The notes beneath the pieces are model-generated. The model saw only the letters and a list, made by a program, of their open reading frames with translations. It ran no database searches and had not been told where the DNA came from. A program made the translations under genes and the position numbers. From positions 32,001 to 96,000 of the forward strand of contig CAXXKA010000008.1 in NCBI GenBank assembly GCA_963668625.2: a stretch of DNA of 64,000 nt, read 5' to 3'. Source of the stretch: an uncultured candidate division Zixibacteria bacterium (GTDB lineage: Bacteria > Zixibacteria > MSB-5A5 > UBA10806 > 4484-95). Below, in pieces: positions 49,491-59,003 of the stretch; the stretch's first letter is position 1, and every line of letters begins with the position of its first letter.

Positions 49491-50540
49491 GTGAAAGCAG
49501 TACTGGCATCGTTGGCAATCTTTATTAGTCTATTTGGCTTATCACGGGCGGATGACATCTTATTCCCCTCCAATAATGGTATCATAATCAATTACAATGT
49601 ATCAAGTTACGAGCTAACTACCGATGATACTTTGATGATTGAATTCATGATTTCCAATAACGAGAACCATGCATTCGAGGGGCTGTTTTTAACGGAAATT
49701 CTCCCCGGTGAATTCCAGGTGATCTCTCAAAATATCTCGGTTAACGGCCAGTCAATATCAGGCTATGAATACACTTTCCAGGCCAGCCGGCTATTTTCCG
49801 GTTATAACGAGTATCACTGGGTTATCGATGATCCTCATTCGGATCGAGTAAATCGCCTTCTATACCCCGAACAGTATATGATTTTGACGATAAAAGCTAT
49901 TCCCCAATCGGCGGGTCAATTCAGATTACCTTTTCATACGGTATGTTTTTACTCGAATCAAATCAGCTTTTTCCTGCTCAGCGATATCTTAACGATATCG
50001 GTCGAGCAATCGGCCAGCCCTGGCAACTTAGCCGGCAGGGCGTTAAACTATCAGGCGGAGCCTATCGCTAATATGCTATTCAGGATTGATGCCTCGCTTT
50101 TTGACTACACCAGTGATGCCGGTTATTATAGTATAGCCCAAATTCCTCCGGGAATTTATGATATTCGGGTGACACATCCCGAGGAGGGTGATTCGGTCAT
50201 CGAGGATATAACCATTAACTCATCGATGGAGACAAAACTGAATATAATTTGGCCGGATGACAACATAAACGGCTTGGATTACGAACCGGGTGATATTAAT
50301 GGGGACAATACGGTTATTGGCAGTGATGTGACTTATGGCGTAAATTATTTCCGGGGCATAGGTTCGCCTCCGCCGGATTCATTCTGGAGTAGTACGAGCA
50401 ATCGCTGGATATATTCCGCCGCTGATGCCAATGGAGATTGTATGTTCATTGGTTCCGATATCACATTCATTGTAAATTATTTCAGGGCGATTCACGAATA
50501 TATACGATGGTGTCCTTTAACTCCCCCTAACAATCGTTAG
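49491..50540 (+). CDS. Secreted protein: same Ig-like domain, carboxypeptidase-regulatory-like domain, dockerin-like tail
   Basis: TSDAGYYSI..IPPGIY; GDINGD...GSDVTYGVNYF and ADANGD...GSDITFIVNYF. Confidence 0.78.
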   Translation: MKAVLASLAIFISLFGLSRADDILFPSNNGIIINYNVSSYELTTDDTLMIEFMISNNENHAFEGLFLTEILPGEFQVISQNISVNGQSISGYEYTFQASRLFSGYNEYHWVIDDPHSDRVNRLLYPEQYMILTIKAIPQSAGQFRLPFHTVCFYSNQISFFLLSDILTISVEQSASPGNLAGRALNYQAEPIANMLFRIDASLFDYTSDAGYYSIAQIPPGIYDIRVTHPEEGDSVIEDITINSSMETKLNIIWPDDNINGLDYEPGDINGDNTVIGSDVTYGVNYFRGIGSPPPDSFWSSTSNRWIYSAADANGDCMFIGSDITFIVNYFRAIHEYIRWCPLTPPNNR

Positions 50541-50786
50541 AGGATAATATAGTACGCAATATACTATATCTCCAGGGCAAATTACATCCAACAATAGCGA
50601 TATGTCAGTAATATATAAGGAATATATAATTATATTATTGTAAAATACTTGTAATAATAAATAATTCTATTTATATTAATAAAAATAAGTGCAATAACAA
50701 ACTACATCCCGAATTTTATTTCTGGAAATTGGTCGCTCAGGCAATGATTTTTAATTAGAGTAGTTGTTGCAAATATCGGGGGTAAA

Positions 50787-53700
50787 ATGAAAGATTCAGA
50801 AAAGTCAAAAGAAGAACTTTTATCAGAGATCAGGCGGCTGAGAAAACAATTAGCCTCGAAAGCTATTTTTGATTCAGTAGAACCGGATTCATACGGCCTG
50901 TGCGATGCCCTGTTGCGCTCCTCCAAGCTTGGTATAGTTATAATAAACGATGATAAAGTAGTATTCGCAAATGGCATTGTCGACTATCTTTTCGGCACCT
51001 CCACCGAGAAACTGGTAGGCTGCGATATCGAGAGATTGTTTAAATATATAGCCCCTGATAATCGCGGTAAAGTTCGTGACGCCTATTATAAATATAAGGA
51101 TGTGGATGAATTTACGTTCGAGTATGATTTTAAAATTATCGATAGCGGAGGAGATTCGAGATGGTTGGGAATTAATGCCCGTTCGATCCAATTCCAGGGG
51201 AAGCTATCCGTACTAGCGATGTTACTGGAAATCACTAAGAGAAAAAACGCCGAGATAGAATTACTGGAAAGCCGGCAGAGATTGGAGCTATCCATAGAAA
51301 GCTCCGGACTGGCGGTCTGGGATCAAAATTTTCAAACCGGCGAAGTAATTAGAAGTAGCCAATGGGCGGAGATGCTCGGGTATAACGCAGAAGAAATCGG
51401 TGATTTGCTCGACGACTGGAAGAATCTGGTTCACCCCGATGATCTTCCTAAGGTTATCGAAATAGCCCGTCAGCATGAAAGTGGCGCAAAACCAGAATTC
51501 AATGTCGAACATCGCATGAAAGCGAAAAACGGCGAATGGCGGTGGATCAGTAATCGCGGTAAAATAATTACCCGCGATATCAGAGGCAATCCAATTCGGG
51601 CACTGGGTACGCATCTGGATATAACCGAACAGAAAATCAATGAAAAGATTCGCGAACAGTCAGAGCAATTCCTTCGGGATATAATCGATTCCATCGAAGT
51701 AGACATTATTATCCGGGATCGAAATGCAAAAATACTTTACGCGGGCAAAGCTTTCGCCGAATATTTCAATTATAAGGTTGACGAAATTATCGGTATCAAT
51801 AATACGATTCTCTGGGAAAGAAACGGCAGGAGTCCCGAGACAGTTAAGGCCTGGTTGGATGAGGATATGCAGGTACTCGATACCGGCCTGCCTTTGGATT
51901 ATGAAGAAGAGACGGACAACGCAAATGGTGAAGTTAAATGTTATAGAACAATAAAAAAGAAAATATATACGCCTGACGGTATACCGGCAGTACTGGTGAT
52001 TTATGAAAATATCACCGAGCGTAAGAGATCGGAAAAAGAGCTCTTGGATAATCAAAGACGTTTGCGGCTGATGGCCGAATCGATCGAGGATATTTTCTGG
52101 ATGTCTGTTCCTGATCTAAGCCGTCATGTTTATGTCAGCCCGGTAATAGCGAAAGTCTGGCAGCAACCTTTCGCACGCTTCCTTGAAAATCCGAAATATT
52201 ATATGAGATCGATCCATCCCGACGATCGCAAGAAGTATGATTCCCTATTAAAACAAACTCATTACCAGGGGAAATCATATGAAGTTGAATACAGAATCCT
52301 GCGCGAAGATGGTTCTATCAGGTGGATTTTAGACAGGGCGTTCCCGGTCACCGGCCCGGATGGCAAAGTCGAGTTCATGGCCGGGCTCTCCTCGGATATT
52401 ACAAAACGTAAAAGAGCGGAACGAGGATTAATAGCCTCCCATGAAATATTGAGACTTGCCAATAAGCACTACAAGATGAAATCCCTGCTGGATGAGGTAG
52501 TGGAGTCATTAAAAAAACTAACCGGTTGCGAGGCAGTCAGTGTCAGGCTTCTGGATGAAGATGGGCAGTCGCCTTATCGTTCCTATACTGGTTTTACCGG
52601 CGAATTCGATGAGCTACAATGTCCTCTATCCGTTCCTCATGAAAAATGCATGTGTATTGATATTATCCGGGAAATTCATGACCCCGATGAATCCTGCCAT
52701 ACGGAGAATGGCTCGTTCTATTTGAATAATATCTCAAAACACATAGCCCGGATGGTAGAAGAGGATAAAAACCAACCGCGAATCGGCTGCAATAAATACG
52801 GCTATGAATCGGTAGCGCTGATTCCGATCAAGGTTGACCGCAAGATTATCGGTTTAATTCACTGTGCGGACCGCAGGGAAAACAACGTTCCCCTGGATAT
52901 GGTAAAGATACTCGAACAACTCGCTACCCAGTTCGGAGCGATTATAGAACGCGTAAAAGCGGGCGAGGCCTTAAGGGAAAGCGAGGAGCAATTCCGTAAT
53001 CTGGTCGAGTCCATGAACGACGGTTTGCTGGTATCCGACAGCAATCTTCGTTTTACTTATATAAACGAAAAAATGGCTGACTTGTTGAAGGTCAATCCGG
53101 CGGATCTCATTCGGCGCAATATCGAGGATTTCCTTGATTCCCGTAATAAAAACATATTGAGAGAAAACTGGGAAAAACGCAAAAAAGGCGGAGTCACTCC
53201 TTACCAGCTTACCTGGCGGGCGGTCGATAACCGCAGCGTAGTTACGATTATATCGCCCAAACCCATGTGGGGACAGAATAACGAGTTCAGAGGCAGCTTC
53301 TCGGTCGTGACCGATATAACCGAAAGAAATCAGGAAGAGCTGATTAATAAGGCCAAATCGAAACTGGCGGATAAACTCAGAAATACCGGTGAAGTTCAGG
53401 AATGCCTTAAGGCGGCATGTAAAGCCCTAGCGGAGGCCGAACTTTTAAAGCATTCTGTTTTTATCCTGGTTGATAACGACAGAAAAATCAGCCATCTTGA
53501 CTACCTGGGAGTAGGCCAAAAAGATATTATTCTGATGAAAAAAGAACTCCCGGAATTAATTAAAAAAATATCTGGGCGCTCGAATAGCTTATCGAGAATA
53601 AGTAATTCATATCTGATTAGTAGCAGCAACGGGCATAATTCAGAAAGGCTATTAACGCCGATCTCCAATCAGATAGTCGACCACACCGGCTGGCTGATAG

Positions 53701-54242
53701 CGGACACGACCTTTTCAGGTAAACGAATCAATCATAAATCAGCCCTATTCATCGAGGATATAGCTGAATATACCGGCAAGAGAATAAACGAGATACTATT
53801 TTTAGGCCATCTCCAGAGAGAAAGACAACTACTCGAGGAAAAAAACGTAGCCCTGCGCGAGGTACTGGCCTCCATCGAGGAGGAGAAAATGGAGATACGC
53901 CACAAGGTAGCCCAGAGAATTGACCAAATGGTAATACCTACTCTTAATAAAATGGTCAATAATGACGGCACGGTTAATCACACCTATTATGATTTGCTGT
54001 CGAGTTCGATAAGGGAACTGGCCGCCTCATCAGGCGGACTAATGCATCTATATTCTCGCCTATCCCCAAGAGAGGTAGAGATTTGCAATCTCATAAAAGG
54101 CGGTTCATCCTCCAAGGAGGTAGCCAAAGCATTAAATTTATCGGTTGCCACAATCCAGAAACACCGTGAAAGAATTCGCCATAAACTGGGCCTGGCTAAC
54201 AAAAATGTTAATTTGACGTCGTTTTTAAAAAATCCAGGCTAA
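50787..54242 (+). CDS. Multi-PAS/GAF LuxR-family transcriptional regulator
   Basis: ~5 PAS, Cys-rich GAF, coiled coil LEEKNVALREVL, HTH LSPREVEICNLI...HRERIRHKLG. Confidence 0.9.
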   Translation: MKDSEKSKEELLSEIRRLRKQLASKAIFDSVEPDSYGLCDALLRSSKLGIVIINDDKVVFANGIVDYLFGTSTEKLVGCDIERLFKYIAPDNRGKVRDAYYKYKDVDEFTFEYDFKIIDSGGDSRWLGINARSIQFQGKLSVLAMLLEITKRKNAEIELLESRQRLELSIESSGLAVWDQNFQTGEVIRSSQWAEMLGYNAEEIGDLLDDWKNLVHPDDLPKVIEIARQHESGAKPEFNVEHRMKAKNGEWRWISNRGKIITRDIRGNPIRALGTHLDITEQKINEKIREQSEQFLRDIIDSIEVDIIIRDRNAKILYAGKAFAEYFNYKVDEIIGINNTILWERNGRSPETVKAWLDEDMQVLDTGLPLDYEEETDNANGEVKCYRTIKKKIYTPDGIPAVLVIYENITERKRSEKELLDNQRRLRLMAESIEDIFWMSVPDLSRHVYVSPVIAKVWQQPFARFLENPKYYMRSIHPDDRKKYDSLLKQTHYQGKSYEVEYRILREDGSIRWILDRAFPVTGPDGKVEFMAGLSSDITKRKRAERGLIASHEILRLANKHYKMKSLLDEVVESLKKLTGCEAVSVRLLDEDGQSPYRSYTGFTGEFDELQCPLSVPHEKCMCIDIIREIHDPDESCHTENGSFYLNNISKHIARMVEEDKNQPRIGCNKYGYESVALIPIKVDRKIIGLIHCADRRENNVPLDMVKILEQLATQFGAIIERVKAGEALRESEEQFRNLVESMNDGLLVSDSNLRFTYINEKMADLLKVNPADLIRRNIEDFLDSRNKNILRENWEKRKKGGVTPYQLTWRAVDNRSVVTIISPKPMWGQNNEFRGSFSVVTDITERNQEELINKAKSKLADKLRNTGEVQECLKAACKALAEAELLKHSVFILVDNDRKISHLDYLGVGQKDIILMKKELPELIKKISGRSNSLSRISNSYLISSSNGHNSERLLTPISNQIVDHTGWLIADTTFSGKRINHKSALFIEDIAEYTGKRINEILFLGHLQRERQLLEEKNVALREVLASIEEEKMEIRHKVAQRIDQMVIPTLNKMVNNDGTVNHTYYDLLSSSIRELAASSGGLMHLYSRLSPREVEICNLIKGGSSSKEVAKALNLSVATIQKHRERIRHKLGLANKNVNLTSFLKNPG

Positions 54243-54248
54243 ATAAAT

Positions 54249-54272
54249 ATTGCGTACAATACGTTACGCAAT
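54249..54272. promoter_or_regulatory. Palindromic candidate operator
   Basis: ATTGCGTA-N8-TACGCAAT perfect IR, 20 bp upstream of TTGACA (54293). Confidence 0.45.
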
Positions 54273-54327
54273 CCATCATTATTTAAGTAGTATTGACAAG
54301 TATAGATTTATTCCCGATATTATTATA

Positions 54328-54411
54328 ACAAAGGATAGAAATATCAAAGCCCAAGGAAGCTGAGGAGTTAGTGCCAAGGGGGGCGCGCTTTCGACTCGGC
54401 TTTCTTTTTTT
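54328..54411 (+). ncRNA. Candidate small RNA ending in an intrinsic terminator
   Basis: TTGACA upstream; GATA-GAAA-TATC hairpin; 10-bp stem GGAAGCTGAG/CTCGGCTTTC followed by 7 T; no ORF. Confidence 0.35.
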
Positions 54412-54488
54412 GCACAATTTTTCAACTACGGAATCAGGTAAGAATAACCACATTATTACGTTATATTAAGTTGGTTGACGATTAATTA

Positions 54489-55367
54489 TCAGAGCTTATT
54501 CGCAATTAAAACGTAGCTTTCGGTAAAAGGTATCAGCTTTATTTTAAGAATTGCTTTCGCTTTATCAATTACGAGACCACCCTTAAGCGGTCTTTTAGCT
54601 TTTTGAGAAATTTGCGAGGAAGTCGATCTCCGAATGAGATTCGTATCCAGCTTATGGTGTTCGGCGATTATCAGCGCAGCCTGATATCTGGAAAGGTATT
54701 GATCGCCGCTTATATGCAAGATACCTTTGGTATCGTTAAAAGCCACTTCTACCGAGGCTTTCGCCAGGTTCGAGGCCAGGGTCGGATTATTGAACTGATC
54801 ATCAACAACGCTTATACTCTCGCCGCGTTCGAGGCTCTCTTTCACCCAGCTAACGAAATTATTTTTCACACCAATTGCTATGCCGAATAAAACATTGGTT
54901 CGTATAATCAAATAATCAACACCGGAATTCATCAAGATATTTTCCGAATGGAGTTTCGTCAAGCCGTAATAGTTAATCGGCTCGGTTCGATCATCCTCTT
55001 TATATGGCCCCGAGGAGCCGTCGAAAACATAATCGCTGGAATAATGAATTATCTTTTTCACCGGTATCGAAAGCAGATGATTGACCAGTTCGAAATTGAG
55101 TTTATCAGCCAACTCTCTCTCGGTTTCACAACGGTCGACATCGGTTAGAGCGGCGCAGTTGAAAATGTATTCCGGCCCGAAAGCAAGTATAGTCGGTCTG
55201 ATGGATTCGAAACTCGTTAGATCTGCCTGCAGGTAATCGATACCGCAGCTTTCATCAAAAGGATTAGCAGTCTTATCAACTGCCTGAAGGTGGTGTTTTT
55301 CTAGTAATTGCCCGACCAGGTTCTGTCCTAAAAGGCCGGCCGCGCCTGTTATCAGGATTCTACTCAT
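54489..55367 (-). CDS. rmlD: dTDP-4-dehydrorhamnose reductase
   Basis: GAAGLLG, AALTDVD, SSDYVFDG, YYGLTK, DDQFNNPT. Confidence 0.88.
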   Translation of the reverse strand: MSRILITGAAGLLGQNLVGQLLEKHHLQAVDKTANPFDESCGIDYLQADLTSFESIRPTILAFGPEYIFNCAALTDVDRCETERELADKLNFELVNHLLSIPVKKIIHYSSDYVFDGSSGPYKEDDRTEPINYYGLTKLHSENILMNSGVDYLIIRTNVLFGIAIGVKNNFVSWVKESLERGESISVVDDQFNNPTLASNLAKASVEVAFNDTKGILHISGDQYLSRYQAALIIAEHHKLDTNLIRRSTSSQISQKAKRPLKGGLVIDKAKAILKIKLIPFTESYVLIANKL

Positions 55368-56374
55368 TGGCGGTCTTTATAATGGATATCATAAAATTCG
55401 CGGTATTCACTCGAGCATACACTCCGGCACCAATCAAGGTTGTTTTTGTACCACTCGATCGTTTTTGCCAAACCATCCTCGATATTAACCCGAGGGTTCC
55501 AGCCCAGTTCTCTTTTTATTTTGGAGGCGTTTATGGCATAGCGCAGATCGTGCCCCGGTCTGTCTTTCACGAATGTAACGAGTTCATCGGGTTTGTCCAG
55601 GTTCGCTAGAATAGCTTTTGTCAATTCGAGATTGGAAATCATCATATCACCTGAGATATTGTATATCTCTCCGGTATTGCCCTGCCGAAGAATCGCGAGT
55701 AAGGCTTTACAATTATCCTCCACAAAAATCCAATCGCGGATATTAGAGCCATCCCCGTAAACCGGTAAGCGCTCATCATTAAGCGCTTTAAATATGAAAA
55801 ACGGGATAATCTTCTCGGGGAATTGATAAGCCCCGTAATTATTGCAGGTACGGGTTATCACGATCGGCAGGCCATGAGTTTTATAATATGAATTTACCAG
55901 CAAATCGGCGGAGGCCTTGCTGGCGGCGTAAGGAGAGCTGGGATTAAGCGGATATGACTCATCGGCATAATCAGGCGGCTTAATCGATCCGTACACCTCA
56001 TCGGTGGATATCTGCATGAATTTTCCAACGCCCATCTTTATAGCCCGTTCCAGGAGAATCTGCGTGCCCAACACATTGGTTTTGAAAAATATTTGCGGAT
56101 CGTACAATGATCGGTCGACATGTGTCTCGGCAGCGAAATTCACTACGTAATCGAACCCCCCGGCGAACACCGATTCGACATCCTCCTGATCGGCAATATC
56201 ACCTTTGACGAACTCGTAATTGATATGGCTTTCGATATCGGCGAGGTTCCGTTGGCTGCCGGCATAGGTGAGTTTATCGAAATTAGTAATGTGCCAATCG
56301 GGATGTTCTTTCACCAGGAGGCGAATGAAATTAGAACCGATAAAACCCGCACCACCGGTTACCAGGATTCTCAT
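55364..56374 (-). CDS. rmlB: dTDP-glucose 4,6-dehydratase
   Basis: GGAGFIG, DKLTYAG, AAETHVDRS, STDEVYG, YAASK, RPGHD. Confidence 0.95.
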   Translation of the reverse strand: MRILVTGGAGFIGSNFIRLLVKEHPDWHITNFDKLTYAGSQRNLADIESHINYEFVKGDIADQEDVESVFAGGFDYVVNFAAETHVDRSLYDPQIFFKTNVLGTQILLERAIKMGVGKFMQISTDEVYGSIKPPDYADESYPLNPSSPYAASKASADLLVNSYYKTHGLPIVITRTCNNYGAYQFPEKIIPFFIFKALNDERLPVYGDGSNIRDWIFVEDNCKALLAILRQGNTGEIYNISGDMMISNLELTKAILANLDKPDELVTFVKDRPGHDLRYAINASKIKRELGWNPRVNIEDGLAKTIEWYKNNLDWCRSVCSSEYREFYDIHYKDRQ

Positions 56375-56386
56375 TGGTAATATCCC

Positions 56387-56848
56387 CTAATGATCTTCAC
56401 GCGCCCAGTCGTAATGTATACTCGGGTCATGCGCCACCAGGCGGTACTCATCGGGCTTATCGTGATCGTATGGCATGGTGGGCGTATTTATGACTATTGC
56501 CTCGGATAACGAGATGCACTTGAAACCATGATACACGACCGCCGGGATCGATATCAGGGTGGGATTATGTATGCCTATGAAGAATTCGTTTATCATCCTG
56601 TATGTCGCCGAATCCTCGCGGGCGTCATAGAGTACCAGCTTAATCATTCCCGAAACCGCGGCGAAATTATCGCGCTGCTTTTTATGATAATGCCAGGCCT
56701 TTATCACGCCGGGGTATGCGGTAGTGAAATAAACCTGCCCGAATTTCTCGAATATCTCGTCATCAACGCGAAGAATTTCAGCCAGGCGGCCGCGCTCATC
56801 GGCAATGACTTTCAGTTTCTTTATCTTTACACCATCGATTAACTGCAT
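56387..56848 (-). CDS. rmlC: dTDP-4-dehydrorhamnose 3,5-epimerase (cupin)
   Basis: DERG, KAWHYH, DAREDS, HGF. Confidence 0.88.
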   Translation of the reverse strand: MQLIDGVKIKKLKVIADERGRLAEILRVDDEIFEKFGQVYFTTAYPGVIKAWHYHKKQRDNFAAVSGMIKLVLYDAREDSATYRMINEFFIGIHNPTLISIPAVVYHGFKCISLSEAIVINTPTMPYDHDKPDEYRLVAHDPSIHYDWAREDH

Positions 56849-56852
56849 TTTC

Positions 56853-57584
56853 CTACTTCTTCCTTAAAGCTTTTTTCCGCACGAAATTAATAGTCTCGTT
56901 ATAGGCATCGATAGACTCGCCGGCATCCGCCCAACCGCCTTTCAATACCGAGTACGTCATCAACCCGGCCTGGATATAGGCATTGTTGACATCGGTAATC
57001 TCCAGCTCGCCGCGTTTGGAGGGCTCTAGCCGTTTGACAATATCGAACACACGGTTATCGTACATATAAACGCCGATAACCGCAAGGTCGGATTTCGGCT
57101 TTTTGGGTTTTTCCACGATATTCATGATTTTATCGCTTTTTACCTCGGCTACGCCGTACTCGGATGGATTTTTCACGCGCTTAAGAATAATTTTCGCGCC
57201 TTTCTCCTGTTTGGCGAACGCGGCGACATCAGCCTTTATGCTTTTCTCGATAATATTATCACCCAGGATAATTACCACTTTCTCATTCCCGGCGAAATAC
57301 TCACACAGGCCAACCGCTTCGGCAATCCCGCCCTCGTTTTCCTGATAGGTAAAATTGAGATGCTTTAAACCGAACTCGTAGCCATTCCCCAGAAGCTTCA
57401 AGAAATCGCCGGCGTTATTACCACCGGTGACTACCATAATTTCGCGTATACCGGCCTCGACCAACGTGGTGATGGGATAATAAATCATCGGTTTATCGTA
57501 AACCGGCAAGAGATGCTTATTAGTTATCTTGGTCAGTGGATACAGCCGGGTGCCCAGACCGCCGGCCAGTACGATGCCTTTCAT
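56853..57584 (-). CDS. rmlA: Glucose-1-phosphate thymidylyltransferase, short SpsI-like form
   Basis: LAGGLGTRLYPLT...KHLLPVYDKPM, LGDN, EKP, RGELEITD. Confidence 0.9.
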   Translation of the reverse strand: MKGIVLAGGLGTRLYPLTKITNKHLLPVYDKPMIYYPITTLVEAGIREIMVVTGGNNAGDFLKLLGNGYEFGLKHLNFTYQENEGGIAEAVGLCEYFAGNEKVVIILGDNIIEKSIKADVAAFAKQEKGAKIILKRVKNPSEYGVAEVKSDKIMNIVEKPKKPKSDLAVIGVYMYDNRVFDIVKRLEPSKRGELEITDVNNAYIQAGLMTYSVLKGGWADAGESIDAYNETINFVRKKALRKK

Positions 57585-57683
57585 AGGGCCTCCAATGACC
57601 TAAAGATATACCAGTATGAATGTGTAATCAAGGCATTTATACCGGAACTCATATCGGATATATGCAATGAAGATTTCCTCATA

Positions 57684-57821
57684 GGAGCTATTGAAAAACT
57701 AACATGAGATGGTAGGAATCCTTTCCCGCCACCGGCTATCATGCATTCTGTCGCCGGGAAAGGATAAGCAAAAAACTTCGTCCGCCCAGCGATTCGGGAA
57801 GATACTTTTTCAACAATTCCC
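57684..57821. mobile_element. MITE/REP-like element, copy 2
   Basis: Ends GGAGCTATTGAAAAAC / CTTTTTCAACAATTCCC; 41/44 core identity with copy 1. Confidence 0.68.
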
Positions 57822-57842
57822 ATTAGCGATAGTTTATAGTTG

Positions 57843-57937
57843 AGGTGGTGGGAATACTTTCCCGCCACCTGTATTCCTGCAGTATTTCGCCAGAAAAGGA
57901 TTTCTGTCGACTCCTAGAATCTTTCACGACAATTCCA
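57843..57937. repeat. Degenerate third copy of the same element
   Basis: GGTGGTGGGAATACTTTCCCGCCACC hairpin, TCGCCAGAAAAGGAT core remnant, ACAATTCCA end. Confidence 0.5.
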
Positions 57938-57946
57938 AAAGATAGC

Positions 57947-58879
57947 TTACTTTTCGCGGGTGTACCACTCGACTACTTTTTTCAAGCCCTCATCGAAATC
58001 GATCGAGACATCATAGTGAAGAATCGATTTGGCTTTGGAGATATCAGCCAGCGAGTGTTTGACATCACCCTTTTTCTCCGGCCCGTGAATCGGTTCGACA
58101 TTAACGCCCATGATATCGCAGAGTTTGGTTACCAGGTCGTTAAGGGTATAGGCTTTATTGCAGGCGATATTAAATATATTCCCCGCGGCATCTTTCTTTT
58201 CGCAAGCGAGAATATTGGCATTCACCACGTTATCGATATAGGTAAAATCGCGCGAGGTCAAACCATCACCGTGAATCGTAGGTCGTTTTTCCTCTTTGAG
58301 CAGCTTCACGAATATCGGGATAACCGCCGAATATTGCGAGTACGGATTCTGGCGAGGACCGAAGACATTGAAATAACGAATAGCCACGGTCTCCAAACCA
58401 TATAACTGGTAGAAGTTCATGCAATATGCCTCACCGGCCAGCTTGGTTATAGCATAGGGCGATTTCGGCATGGTTTTCATGGTCTCCTCTTTGGGCATAA
58501 TCGGCGAATCACCGTAAACCGAGGAGGAGGAGGCGTACACCATTCGCCTTACATTGTTGTAGCGGGCGGCTTCCAGAAGGTTCAGAGTTCCATTGATATT
58601 GACCTCGGTAGTGGTCAATGGGTTATCGATGGAGCGCGGTACTGACGGCAATGCGGCCTCGTGCAGGATGTAGTCGATACCACGGGTAGCTTTAATCACC
58701 GTCCAGAAATCGCGTATATCGCCTTCAACCAGGTCGATATCATCCTCTATGCCATGAAGGTTTTCCCGTCTGCCCGTAGCAAAGTTGTCAATAATTCTTA
58801 CGAAATAGCCTTTTTCAATCAGCTGGCGGGCAATGTTCGATCCGATAAATCCGGCTCCGCCGGTAACTAGAAACCTCAA
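57947..58879 (-). CDS. NAD-dependent nucleotide-sugar 4-epimerase (WbpP/GalE-like SDR)
   Basis: GGAGFIG, AALPSVPRS, SSSSVYG, YAITK, RYFNVFGPRQ. Confidence 0.9.
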   Translation of the reverse strand: MRFLVTGGAGFIGSNIARQLIEKGYFVRIIDNFATGRRENLHGIEDDIDLVEGDIRDFWTVIKATRGIDYILHEAALPSVPRSIDNPLTTTEVNINGTLNLLEAARYNNVRRMVYASSSSVYGDSPIMPKEETMKTMPKSPYAITKLAGEAYCMNFYQLYGLETVAIRYFNVFGPRQNPYSQYSAVIPIFVKLLKEEKRPTIHGDGLTSRDFTYIDNVVNANILACEKKDAAGNIFNIACNKAYTLNDLVTKLCDIMGVNVEPIHGPEKKGDVKHSLADISKAKSILHYDVSIDFDEGLKKVVEWYTREK

Positions 58880-59003
58880 ATTATCCTCCTTTTATCTATC
58901 TCTAACTTAAGGGATACTAACAATTTATTCGGCACAAAAGTGCTATATTTGATATACTATTACAAAAAACAACCAGATTTATACCAATTTTACGATTTGA
59001 TTG

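Noticed and set aside
50690-50772. Long-range pairing in the luxR leader (AACTAC/GTAGTT) as a riboswitch
   Set aside because: Short AT-rich stem with no recognisable aptamer
57581-57868. 95-aa minus-strand ORF upstream of rmlA
   Set aside because: It reads through the repeat element and has no transposase or other motif
58930-58943. GGCAC...TGC sigma54-like box
   Set aside because: GG-GC spacing is 9 rather than 10, and it is on the wrong strand for the flanking genes
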